From Macrostomum lignano (Eukaryota): a stretch of 64,000 nucleotides of DNA. The stretch covers positions 124,001 to 188,000 of the forward strand of contig NIVC01000524.1 of assembly GCA_002269645.1 (NCBI GenBank), in the 5' to 3' direction. The position numbers were made by a program, and so were the translations under genes. Under the pieces are notes generated by a model. It did no database searches, was not told where the DNA came from, and saw nothing but the letters and a program-made list of their open reading frames with translations. Positions 30,435 to 43,155 of this stretch are shown here, piece by piece; position 1 is the first letter of the stretch, and every line of letters begins with the position of its first letter.

Positions 30435-33400
30435 GCCCTGCACATGAGCTTTGTGGTGCACATGGAGAAGGGCACCCATGCCAGCATTGGCAAGGTGAAC
30501 TGCACCCTTGCTGTTGTGATGGACATAGCTGCTGCCACGGAGCTTGTGGTAGCAGAGGACATTCTCCTGGCTGTGGAGGAGTTTACTGTGTCACCCGAGG
30601 TTTGGCTTCTTGCAAAATAGGTGGCGAGGTTTCTGCACCTAGGGTGCCAGCCTCTCGCACAGGTAATTCTCTGTTCTATTCAACAGGATCCTAAACATTC
30701 TAATGCCCAAAATTCCTGGATTGGTGGAACCCATTTGAAAATTCCATATATCTTGACATTGCTGCTAATCCCTGCACTGCACTTGGGTCACTAGAAAAAA
30801 AATATGAGTACTCATCCTGTGAAATTTCTAAATTCTGATGCAATTTTTTAAACCTGTTTGCAGCAGGTACCTGGAGAAGTATGTGTGTGCCATTCACAAG
30901 GTCATGCAGTCTGGGATTGGCTGGGATGACTGGCTGTCACCACCAGTGAATGGCGCGATCGTTGCTGTGACAGTCATTGAAAGACCTAAGTTGAGCTGCA
31001 ACCTTGGTCTGCATCTTGAGGTGAAGATGCAGTCCAGCAGCCAGGTGGTGACGAAGCTCAATGAGGCTACTGTGTATGCCTCAGCATACAGTGACCGGCA
31101 CTTTTATGGTGCCATTGGTCAAGATAGATGTCGGCTCCTTGACTTCTTGCTCCATTAGGGTAGCAATGGTAGGTCAAATAACTTGAAAAATTGTCAATGT
31201 CTCTACTTCAAATGCTCTTAAAGCTACATAGCAGACTTACATACTAAATAAGTTTTTGGTTTGGCACTATGCCCTGTCCACATTTAACTCCCAATCGCCT
31301 CCCACATCATTCTATAGAGGCCATGGTAGAGTCCTTCTACTCCATGATGTGCTCCTAGCAGAAACACAGTGGCCAGACAAATGTCACCCTCTAGAGGTAG
31401 ACAAAACTGCAGTGGATACTGCCACCAGTTGGCAGCAGACTGCCAAAGCCTACTGAAGGCTGCCTAGGTGTACTATGAAGGGGACTTAGCACACGGCATT
31501 GATCCCCACTGTAGCCTCTTCTTCAAAGACATCCGGGCTACCACCTACAATGTCAGCAAGCTGGTTGATAAGCAGTCTCTTCTGCACTTTTGCTGCCTAT
31601 TTGTTGGGTGCTTAGAGGAGGCGGAGGTTGACCAGGAGGACAAGGACATGCCTGACCACCCTCCCCCCTAAGCACTGAGCTCATAAGTTGTAGTGTAGCC
31701 ACGCAGCTAACAGCAGACCAATGGACACTTTGCTTAACTTGTTTTAACTATTGCATGTTCTTCTCCTTTTCCTAACAATCCAAATTGGCTTAACTTGTTT
31801 ATGGAATTATGGTATCTTTCTAGACTTTCCTGCTTTCATCTATCAGACACTGGAAACTCCTCTCCCTACCCCTCCAGGTCATTCAGCTTGGTGTGCATGG
31901 GTGGATATATGATATAACCTCCCACATACGGTGTGCAAGGGCAAAAATTATTTTTGTATGCATAGAGCATACTTGGGACTATAGGGTATAATCAATTATT
32001 ATAAATAAACTATTACTTTTTAGAAATGACAAAATATTTTATTATTGGAAATTGCAAAGTACTTTTTATAAAAAATTAAATTAAAATATTACTTAAAAAA
32101 TATACAAATATAATATCTTCCAAATTAAACTATTAGAAATAAGAATGATATTTTAAATTATATATTTTTATGCTAAGAATTTTTGCCAATTTATTTTCTA
32201 TTGGTTTTTATGTTAGGCATTTATAGTTATACCAAGGCTGATTTAAGACCAGACCTATACTATGCACAGAATCTGGCATAAGTTTAGCAATAACAAAATG
32301 GCCTATATTTAACAACTATTTGATGATTATATTCAGTTTGATGACTAAAGAATTTTCCTTTCAAGATATATACAATAGGCCTATCTATAGGCAATTTTCT
32401 TCTTTTGTTTGTTAAATTAATTTGAACACGTTTGAACATGAATAGTACTAAGTTTAAATAACAAAAAGTGATAACAAATTGTTAGGTATTTTGAGTAAAT
32501 AGATATTTTAGGTATTTAGGTAATTGATAACAAAACAATAATTTTTATTATTAAATTATTAAACTATAATTATTTAGGACAGGATTTTATTTTGTTATAA
32601 CAAAAGTAAAGAATTTGTTGTTATAACAGGTATTTTGTTATAAATTTTTCAAACAAAAAAAATTAATTTAACGAACAAAAGAGGAAAATTGTCCATCTAT
32701 ATTACATAACAAGATAGTTAGCTTTAAGGCCTATTGTACTAATTAATTTATATAAAAGGAAAAAAAGTGCAACATTGCCAAATGTCAAAGGATACCAATA
32801 GCAACTACAAATATGCCAATGAAAAGAACTGTCTTAATATTATATCTGTAGACACTACAAATATAAATACATATATAATTTCAAATATACCAAGTTTTGC
32901 TCATTTTTAGGGACCTATATTAATCTCAGGACCATACATGCGCAACTTCTGAAATTACGCTGGCCGTGCGACTTAGTTTTCAATAAAAAATGCGACTTAC
33001 CTATGAAAGAGCCAAGCAAAAACTTTAGGTAAACGGCAGGAGTAACTATGACCATATTTTTTAAAGCTAAATGCCTCGCCAGCTAATTAGTGCTGTGTGC
33101 AGATTCCGCGTTTTTATAACAGCTAATCAGTGTCATCTAGTGGCGGCATGAAGCAATTAGTAAATTGTCAGTACAGTGTAGTGAGCATACTACAAAAGTC
33201 ATGATTCATGAATGTCCAGAAGTAAGTGAAGTGAATACAGTGTGACCTATAGCTCAAGAACGATTTGCTAGACGATTTGGCATGGAAGATGAGAGCCCTG
33301 ATTCAGATGGCTCATCAGATGCAGAATACGAATCCAGTAGAGATACAAGCTGTGAAAACCCACAGATTTTTAAACCACTGAATTCTAATTCCCGGAACTA

Positions 33401-34039
33401 TTTTTGCATAGATTCTAAATTTGAAGTCATGCTCAAACAAAAACTTGTTAACAGTTAGGAAAAAGGCAAAGATGGGAGTAATGCATGTTAAACTAAGATT
33501 TGAGGCCTTTGCAAATTCTCTCCATTCCTCAATCTTCTCATCCTCTTTTTCTTTTCTCTCTCATCCCTTATCCCTTCTCTCTTTCCTCTCCTCTCTCCTC
33601 TCTTTCCTCTCCTCTCCTATCTCTTCTGTCTCCTCTCTACATTCTTATCTCTCCTCTCGTCTCTCCATTCCACTCTACTCTCTCATCTTATCTTCCCTCT
33701 CGTCTCTCTCCACTCTACTCTCTCATCTTATCTCTCCTCTCTTTTCTACTCTCTCATCTCTCCTCTCTTCACTCTCCTCTCATCTCCTCTTTATCCTCTC
33801 TTCTCTCATCTACTCTCTCCTCTTTCCTCTTTCCTCTCTTCTGATCTCATCCATCATCTTTTCTTTCCTCTTTCCTCTAATCTCCTCTTCTCTCTCATCT
33901 CTTTTTCCTCCCTCAGCTTTTCTCTCCTCTTCTATCTTTTCTCCCATCGCATCGCTCGCCTCTCCTCTGTTTGCTTATCTCTAATCTTCTATTCCCTCTA
34001 CTTTGAAGTAAGAAAATATGCACATATTTTTGCTGAAGA

Positions 34040-34283
34040 TAAGAGGAGAGAAGAGGGCATTGAGGAGAAAGGGTAGAGAGAAAGGGGGAGAAGAGAGGAG
34101 AGTAAAAATGAGAGGAGAGAGAAGAGGGAAAAGGGGGGAGAGAGAAGAGGGGAGGCAAGGTAGAGAAGAAGAGAGAGATGAGAGTTGAAGAGACACCAAC
34201 CTTGCTAATTAGGAAGTTTCAAAGAACCCGAGGGGCAAGGGCCAGATAGAGGGGCTTCGCGAGCCGGAGTTTGCCAACCCCTG
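34040..34283 (+). mobile_element. Dispersed short element, copy C, nested inside the 2.3 kb transposon
   Basis: GA-rich tract, GAAGTTTCAAAGAACCCGA core, and an end at GTTTGCCAACCCCTG followed by CTCCAGAG. Confidence 0.6.
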
Positions 34284-34439
34284 CTCCAGAGTTTAAGAAA
34301 TCAATGGGAAACTGTTGACGCAGGCTTCTGATTTCAAAGATCTTGTCTGTGGTTGAAGGCTTCTATTCTGTTTTTGCTCTCCTGCCACACTTGCACCTAC
34401 TACCCCCTGATTGCCTCTGATTGTGACTTTCTTCCCTCT

Positions 34440-35050
34440 TATTGCGACTTAGTTGCTTCTTTTTGCGACTTACCTAATCCTTTTGCGACTTACCTAATCC
34501 TTTTGCGACTTACCTAACCCTTTTGCGACTAAAAGACTTACCTAATCCTTTTTGCGACTTACCTAACCCTTTTGCGACTTACCTAACCCTTTTGCGACTT
34601 ACCTAACCCTTTTGCGACTTACCTAATCCTTTTTGCGACTTACCTAATCCTTTTGCGACTTACCTAATCCTTTTGCGACTTAGCTGATCCTTTTTGCGAC
34701 TTACCTAATCCTTTTTGCGACTTACCTAATCCTTTTGCGACTTACCTATCCTTTTTGCGACTTACCTAATCCTTTTTGCGACTTACCTAACCCTTTTGCG
34801 ACTTACCTAACCCTTTTGCGACTTACCTAATCCTTTTTGCGACTTACCTAATCCTTTTGCGACTTACCTAATCCTTTTGCGACTTAGCTGATCCTTTTTG
34901 CGACTTACCTAATCCTTTTTGCGACTTAACTAATCCTTTTGCGACTTACCTATCCTTTTTGCGACTTACCTAATCCTTTTTGCGACTTACCTAACCCTTT
35001 TGCGACTTACCTAACCCTTTTGCGACTTACCTAATCCTTTTTGCGACTTG
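34440..35050. repeat. 20-21 bp minisatellite (TTTTGCGACTTACCTAATCC) inside the transposon
   Basis: Direct reading. Confidence 0.95.
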
Positions 35051-38000
35051 TTTTTTTTGTTGTTTTTGTTTTTTTTGTTTCACCATTTTCCCTGAACTGC
35101 TCTTTCTTTCGCTTTCCTCTTGCCTTTCTTGGTTCTTGTGTTTTTCTGTTTTTGGTTGACTCAATTTTGCGACTTACCCCTGGTCAGCCACGATTTACGG
35201 TGGCCGGATTGGCCAGGTCGGCCAGCAGTTGCGCATGTATGCTCAGGACCCACATTATAGCAAAAAATTTAATAAAATGCATAGGCATATTACTTCATTT
35301 TGCTTGCATGTAGGCCTATAAAATATAATAATAAGTCTGACACAGTGACAGATAAGATTGTTCTAATAATTTCTATCAATATATTAAAAGACTTTAGCTA
35401 TAGCCAATTGCTTCACTTGTGAAGTTGTACATTATACAAGTTAGGTTAAGGTCTAATTTCCTCTAAATTTTAATCTTAAGATTCTACTAGATAACATAAT
35501 AAGGGTTTATATTTGTAGTAGGGTTTAATGGATATTTTTTATATTCATACTTTATCTATTTTAGAGAAAAAAAAGAAAAAATAATAAACTGATATCATGA
35601 TTGATCATGCGCACTATTTTCAAACACAAAAATTCTACATCATGATGATTCTGATTCCGATCCTACAAAAAATGTTACAATTGAGGTGGGGGTGGAGAAG
35701 ATTTTCTTGGAAATTGGTCGGTTTTGAAAATTTGCTGACACAAAGTGGGGGCAAAGTCAAAACGAGGGCATCGCGAGTTTACACCATTCAAACTTTGTAA
35801 AACCAAATTGTATCTGTTTTCTAATGAGTATGGCCGGTTAAATCTTGCATTCAACTGTGAATTATAAATAATTTTACTATAATCTAAGTAAAATTAGTCT
35901 TTTTCGCTCCTCTAAAAGACAAAATATGTCCTTTTCAGCGATAATTTTTTTGGCGGAAATTCAACCACGTTGAACACGTGTGAAAAAAATTCTATATAAT
36001 TTACAAATGAAGGGCTAAAAATGTAGGAATTAATATAGATGGTGAAAGTTTTGAGTTAATTTGCACTAAATGCATGCATGAGTAATGCTTTATTTGTATA
36101 AACCTTACTGTAGTTCGAATATTCTTCGTTTTGGTAGTAAACATTGATTATGACATCCCACCTATATGCTCATATGAGAATATGTTAAAAACTAATCTAA
36201 ATTGATGTATCCAATTGGATTATTCACTTTTACATTTTAGAAAATAATTTAGCATAAAATCGATGCTTTTTATTGAAAAAGCCTAATATATTACTTATTG
36301 TATAACAATTCTATAACAATATAAAAATACTTTTTAATAGTTAGAGAGCACAAAGTGATTTTCTCCAGTAGTCTGTTACATCAAAATGAATAATTGCCAG
36401 CTTTTAGAATTGAAATATGTTATTGCACACCTATTAAGCTTGAAGCATTTTTTTCTTTACTAAATGGTACTCTTTGTTGGCTCTTAAATGCCATAAATGT
36501 TAGTTTTTGTCATGATTTTTTTCTCCGGAAGCCTACTGTGTGGAGCATGTACAATGAAAAGCTTAGATATTTCATCAAGGCACTGCAAAGAACCCTATAA
36601 AGAAGCATTTTTTTGGCTTTGCAGCAGGGACAACCTAATATAATTTTATTGCCATTTAATGTATAATTTGTAATGAATTAGGCTTTAGTTTTTTTTAATG
36701 ATAGTTATTATGCTTATTTCATACTGAATAAGTTGAGGTAAATTTTGTAAAAATTACTTTAAACATCTTTTTATTGACCATCACTTAAATTTTTTATGAC
36801 TAGCAATTCTAGTCTAAGATCACCAGATTAATCAGATTTCCCTTACTAACACCAAATAATCAGGTCTGATTGACTTTAAATTTACTTTAAATTCATTGGT
36901 CTGCTTAACTGACATCAGATTTACCTAGGATCAATAATTTTGGGGCATCATGAAGGTTATAGCATTGTAACAGACTATGTAATCATGCTTAAATAACTTG
37001 GAACTCATAATTTAATATCTTGAAATCTGCATGGTGCTAGAATCCTATTGGAATAGAAAGAAGACAGCAAAAAATACAGACAAAGCGTTCACTCATTATC
37101 TCTCTAATAATAAAATGTTCATCTCCACAGATGTACCTTTCAGCTGTTCGGAAACAGAATGAAAATAAAAATCGCTACAAATCGCTACACGCAGCAACAA
37201 CTTGTGTCGACATAATTGACAACCATTGTAGAGAACCCCACCTCTTATGTTCGGCGGGTAGTCGATCAGAATCCAGTCTGGCGCATCGCTGCAAGTTGGA
37301 CTCTGTCACTCAGCTTTGTTCGACACAAGCAGATTTTGAGCACAGTCTGGCAGTATGCTGCACTTCAGTTTCAGCAGGGCCAATCTGAGCTGCTCGAGCA
37401 GAGTTTGAGAACACTGCATGGCAGTATGTGCTGCCTTATAATTACTTTTACGTTACAATTTGGCCTCTTTTGTATCGAATTTTCTGCGTTCGCTCTGGCA
37501 TGAGAGTACGAGCCCTCTTCAGCGTGGTAGCGTTGTAACGTTCTAGCTTTGAAAGCTAGGATGCTTTTTTCGACTATAGCATACTCCTTATACAATTAAT
37601 AAGTGCGTACATAGCTCAACCAGCTATGTACAGTGATGTGTGGCTGCCAGCAGCCACGTATTAGTTTATGGGTATATGCTTGGCTTACAGACCCACAATT
37701 GATAGACTGCAGGAACAAGCGCGAAACGATTGACGAGCTCTTGCTTAATTTCAACAAATATACGAGTAAACGAGCCTACGATTTAAAACACGACTTCCCA
37801 AACACATTGATCTGATAATAAAAAGTTTTATTAATAAAGCAGCATCAGCTCAAATATTTTAATCTATGGCCATGGACGTATAGAGCAGTCTGCACAGACC
37901 AGAACAGAAAATCAATATGGCTACCTCAAGAAGGGTAAAAAAGATATCTGGGTGGGGGCATGGTTATGCTCCTATCCAAACAGTTTCAATACAAATGTGA

Positions 38001-41000
38001 ATCTCACAGAGCTCTAAATGAAGCTCTTAATGCCTCTTGATTTAGTGAAAAAGATGAACAGGCAACAGAAATAGGTTTTAGAATTTTTAGGCACAAGTAA
38101 TAAATTCCTGAAGCAGAAGTTTTATTAACTTAAATGCAAAACAAGATTTTTGGTATAGCCACTAGGCCCATACAATAAAACACACTATAAAACATAAGGT
38201 TCTAAAAAGGTGTGTCTTGTGGTCTGAGAGAAAATGTAGGCCACATAGCCACCAGAATCTTGGGTGCCAGAATCCAAAAGTAGCAGCGCAGCACCTGAAC
38301 CAGTTGTGGGCAGAAGTGGCCTGCTAGGTGCAGGAGTCGCCAACATTGCAACAGGTTGCTCAGACAGATCAGGTTGGTTCATGGAGAAAGCACTAGACTC
38401 ACTCAACCAAATGTAAAGGTAACATACAGCAAGTCCACCAGTTTCATTGTTTAAGTAAGGCCTCAGGTTTAGAGCTCAGAATGAAAGGCATATCATAAAA
38501 TGCAGTTGAGAAGATCTCCCAAAGAAGTCCTGGCATGGCATAAATTAAAGTGAAAAACATTTAACATATTTTACTTACATTTAAGTCTAAAAAACTTCTA
38601 CTAAAGCAAGTTAAGAATTTATTGGTATATTAAATATACAATAGTATAAAAGGAAACACTCCTGCTAGGCATTTAAAGCCAGTTTGTAAACAATAAAATA
38701 TATAATAAAATAATGCTATATACTAATTTTTTAAAAAGCAAATATATCAGGTTTTGCATTTTTAACTTTTAACATGTTCTAAGTTCTTAAAGCTCATAAT
38801 GTGAGTTTTAAATGAAATAAATGTAACAAAAAATGCAAATGAAAACATATTGCAATTATACATTTTAAAGAATAGTGCAAGCCACATTTTATATAGCTTT
38901 TTACATTGCAAATTATATGAAACTAGAAAGTTAAAGTTTAAAAAAAGTTATTACCTGTTTTACTTGCTACTTGTTAATTATTTAGCAATTTAAATTATAT
39001 ATATACTTAAAAGTGCATAGTGATGGCTATAATAAACAGTATCATTATCAGTAATCATAAGGTAGATTATCACTTAGCTAAGGCCCAATGCCATTGGCAA
39101 TGGCTTTTGTAAAAAAGCATATATCAGTTTCAAAGTAATTCTAAGCTGTAAAGCTGTACAAAATTTTATATTTACATTATATTTTTTATTACTACGTCAT
39201 TAGCAAAAAATCAAATAGGCCTAAGACACGGACAGTTAAATATAAATAGCAATCTGAACTAGACTACAAATTATGCCTCAGAACAAAAATATAGTTAAAC
39301 AAGAGCGTGGGTGGATAAAGCTATTTTATAAAAAAACTTGATAGACACATTTATTTGTCATTCTATTCAGTAAAATTATTTAAACCTCAGTCTCATGAGT
39401 CATTTGCCTATTCATAAGCCGTGGCTTATAAAATAAAGCATATATCTAGAATCCTCGATCGATTATTGTTCATAAATTAGATAAGCAGAAAATTGATGCT
39501 AGACGTTTGCAATGCTTGAAATACAGAAGTCAGTAATCAATATCTAAATCTCATATTTAATTCAATCCAAAAAAGTTTGCTGATATTTCACATCCGTAAG
39601 AAGAACCAGGCCAAACATCAATAATAAAGTACTTATTAACATGAAACTGATAACTAAATTAACGAGAGTATTTCAGAACACAAACAGGCGCGACGTAAAC
39701 AAAGTAAGCAGTTAAACAAAATCCAGCTTAATATTTATTTAAAAAATATCTATTGCAATATTTAACTATTTTTTTTCAGATAAAACTACTTTTACGGGTT
39801 TGTATAAAACATTTATTTTTAGAATACTATATTTAGTTTCTGATTCTGCGTCCGTACAGTTCCGTAAAAGTAAAGATTAACAAATGGGTAGGAAATTTAT
39901 TAAGAGGTGTATTTTGTGCTTAAAAAATGTTTTTTGAGACCACTTAACGGAAATATAAAAAATTGTATAAAAAAATACCAATTGAAACAACAATTTTTTT
40001 TTCTCCATTTTCTGACTCCCCAGTTTTGACTTTAACCGAGTGAGGTGGGGCGGATTCCTCGTTTGAATTTCCGTCGAATGTTGAGTTCGCACGAATAAAA
40101 CCGGAAAAATCGCGCAGACGAATCTCAACAGGAAAAATCTTTCTCCTTTTACTCCGGCTGCCGGGTTCTCAAGTCCGGGGGGAGGGTAGTCGTAATTGTA
40201 GCAGAGCGGTCGTTTAGCGGCTCGGGTCGTTCAAAGCGATGAAAAAAACCGGAGATTTCTGACTCCGTAAATTAATGCGCCGATGTGTTGAACTGGTTAC
40301 TTTCAGTTGGGTAGTTGCTGCCACCACGGTAATTTACGTATTACGGAACGGATAAGTCTCAGAGCTTTCTTTGAGATGAGAGCTTTGGTTATTTTATGCC
40401 CCACGGGCAAATGATTCAAGAGAAGCTATGGCTCAACGAATGAAATTAAAAGCTAATTTGAGGATGTCGGTTTATTATGGTAACTTAGTTAAGATAATAG
40501 CAGGCGAACACTGAATAAAGTTAATATTACTATTATGTAGACACTCGAGATGGATTCGCTCTTGCGGCGCCGGGGCGCTAAACTAATTCAATAAAAATAT
40601 TACCACTAATTTAATGAATCAAAGCTTACTAGTTGAGGAAAACGGAATACGGAAAGGAACGGTAGGGGTGAGAAAAAAAACGGAAGGAAGGGGAAGGTAT
40701 GAGGAAACTGGGCACAACAATTAGCAGAATAAATACCCGAAAGGGGGCTGACAAGTACTGGAAGCAAACGCTGGGCAAACAGAAATTCACGGGATGGACC
40801 GGCTCAAAAACATTGGGACACAGGGCGGATAACAAAAGTTCAACGAAGGGACGACAAAAAAACAGCGAAGGGACGCGACCAGGCCACGGAAGGGAAAGGG
40901 AGCTGGGCAGACGATGGACAAAAATTTGGGGTGAAAAGACAGTGGTTGGGTCAGTAAATTAAAGTTTTGATAGCGCTTAAAAATTATTAAAAACTGAGTC

Positions 41001-41264
41001 CAAACAATTACTGTGGCATCCCGCCTGCCCCACAATCATTTTAATTAAAAAAATGTTTTTTAGAAATTTTTCTACAAAACCGTAAACTAAGTTAAACAAA
41101 GAACTTTAAATTAATATGACATAAATGACGATCAAAACATTTTTACTTTAATAATTTGTTCTTTATTAACTTTTTTCTATGAAATAATGCACTTGTTAAG
41201 AATTTATTTTAAAAGGTCCTTTGATCAGAATTTTTGGATAGAAAGGCGTGATTTATATCGCATT

Positions 41265-42418
41265 TATATATATATAGCGACGCAGAGAGTAGCACGGACA
41301 AAAAGAGATCTAGCTAGTCTTTGCGCGGACGCGTTCGCAGAACAACCGAGAGGGGCAAGTGATGGAGGACTGGGGGCTGAGCCCGATGGCCTGCAACTCA
41401 GTCAGAAACGTATTATTTAGCGTCACAGTTCGGCCTTGGCCATGCGGCGCAGGCGCTCAGTGGGCTGATGCAGGAGAGCCAGCGCCAGAGAATTTTGCTC
41501 GCCGCGGCCGTGGCTTCTTAGGCAGTTGGCCAAGTAACATCTGACGGCGTTTACGGATAGTGCAGCTGAGCGCGGGAAGACCAACGCGAGGATCGACATC
41601 AGGTCCTTGGTCAGCACAGTAGATCAGGGTAGTGTACGCCCAGGGCATAGCGGAGCAGCGACCTGTAGTGAGCATCCAGCGCTTGCTGTCCGTCGCAGTC
41701 ATTGGCACAGCCTCCATGCCATATAGGAGAATCGGCTCAACGGCAGTGCGGAAAATTAGGCGCATCTCGTCGTGAGCGGTTGAATTGAAGACGCTCCTGA
41801 GCAGCCGCACGCCAAGCCTGAATCCTCCTGTCAGAGACAATGGTGTCGGGGCTCAAGACAAGGGAGCCGAGGTAGCGGAAGTCCTCGCACACCTTGACGA
41901 CTTCTCCATTTGGAAGGGCTAGCGCAAGTTGCAGTGCCCACGTGGAGCACCTCAGTCTTGGATGCGTTGATTACCAAGCCAACTCGAGTGCCCTCTTCGT
42001 AGAGTCTATAGACAGAGCCCGTTGGGCAGCAGCCGGATCGCGACACAGAAGGGCAATGTCGTCAGCATAGGCGAGAGCAGGCAGCGAGACGGCGGATGTC
42101 GGGAGCTTCGGCGTGAGACCAGCACATATATAGCCATCATCTTCACGCAGGCATCGGCGAAGAACATAGTCTACCACAACAATGAAGAGTAGTGGAGCCA
42201 GCGTGTCGCCCTGAAGGACGCCGGAAGTTGTGCTGAATTCTTCAGTGGGGCCGTCGCTCGACTAAACAAACGCTCTTGAATCGCTGTACAAGTCCATAAC
42301 AGCAGTTACAAGTTCGGAAGGAACGCCATAGTAGGACAGAATCCATGGGAGTGCATGGTCTGTCAACTGAGTCGAAAGCTTTGCGGAAGTTGACAAAATC
42401 AATTGAGATGGAGCGCTA
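41265..42418 (-). mobile_element. 5'-truncated, frameshifted non-LTR retrotransposon (RTE-like) reverse transcriptase remnant
   Basis: Minus-strand motifs IDFVNFRKAFDSV, GVLQGDTLAPLLFIVVVDYVLR, LAYADDIALL, GLVINASKTEV and IFRTAVEPILLYGME are spread over several frames. A (TA)n run marks the 3' end near 41265. Confidence 0.88.
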
Positions 42419-42419
42419 A

Positions 42420-43155
42420 ATCTCCTGGTGCTAAAACCCCTAGTGCAAAAGCCCCTGGTGCTAAATCTCCTGGTGCTTAAGCCCTTCGTGCTAAATCTCC
42501 TGGTGCTAAATCTCCTGGTGCTAAATCCCCTGGTGCTGGCGCCCCTGGTGCTGGCGCCCCTGGTGCTGGCGCCCCTGGTGCTGGCGCCCCTGGTGCTGGC
42601 GCCCCTGGTGCTGGCGCCCCTGGTGCTGGCGCCCCTGGTGCTGGCGCCCCTGGTGCTGGCGCCCCTGGTGCTGGCGCCCCTGGTGCTGGCGCCCCTGGTG
42701 CTGGCGCCCCTGGTGCTGGCGCCCCTGGTGCTGGCGCCCCTGGTGCTGGCGCCCCTGGTGCTGGCGCCCCTGGTGCTGGCGCCCCTGGTGCTGGCGCCCC
42801 TGGTGCTGGCGCCCCTGGTGCTGGCGCCCCTGGTGCTGGCGCCCCTGGTGCTGGCGCCCCTGGTGCTGGCGCCCCTGGTGCTGGCGCCCCTGGTGCTGGC
42901 GCCCCTGGTGCTGGCGCCCCTGGTGCTGGCGCCCCTGGTGCTGGCGCCCCTGGTGCTGGCGCCCCTGGTGCTGGCGCCCCTGGTGCTGGCGCCCCTGGTG
43001 CTGGCGCCCCTGGTGCTGGCGCCCCTGGTGCTGGCGCCCCTGGTGCTGGCGCCCCTGGTGCTAAATCCCCTGGTGCTAAATCCCCTGGTGCTAAATCCCC
43101 TGGTGCTAAATCCCCTGGTGCTAAATCCCCTGGTGCTAAATCCCCTGGTGCTAAA
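42420..43155. repeat. 15-bp minisatellite (GCCCCTGGTGCTGGC, flanked by CCCCTGGTGCTAAAT variants)
   Basis: Direct reading. Confidence 0.97.

Larger units (their letters stand above)
32933..35241. mobile_element. Non-autonomous cut-and-paste DNA transposon (hAT or P superfamily), 2309 bp
   Basis: Perfect 15-bp TIRs CATACATGCGCAACT (32933-32947; 35227-35241) flanked by an identical 8-bp TSD CTCAGGAC (32925-32932; 35242-35249). No transposase ORF. Confidence 0.9.

Noticed and set aside
38185-40128. Short minus-strand ORFs (38185-38406, 39877-40128) as exons of a hidden gene
   Set aside because: No recognisable homology and no convincing phase-compatible exon chain.
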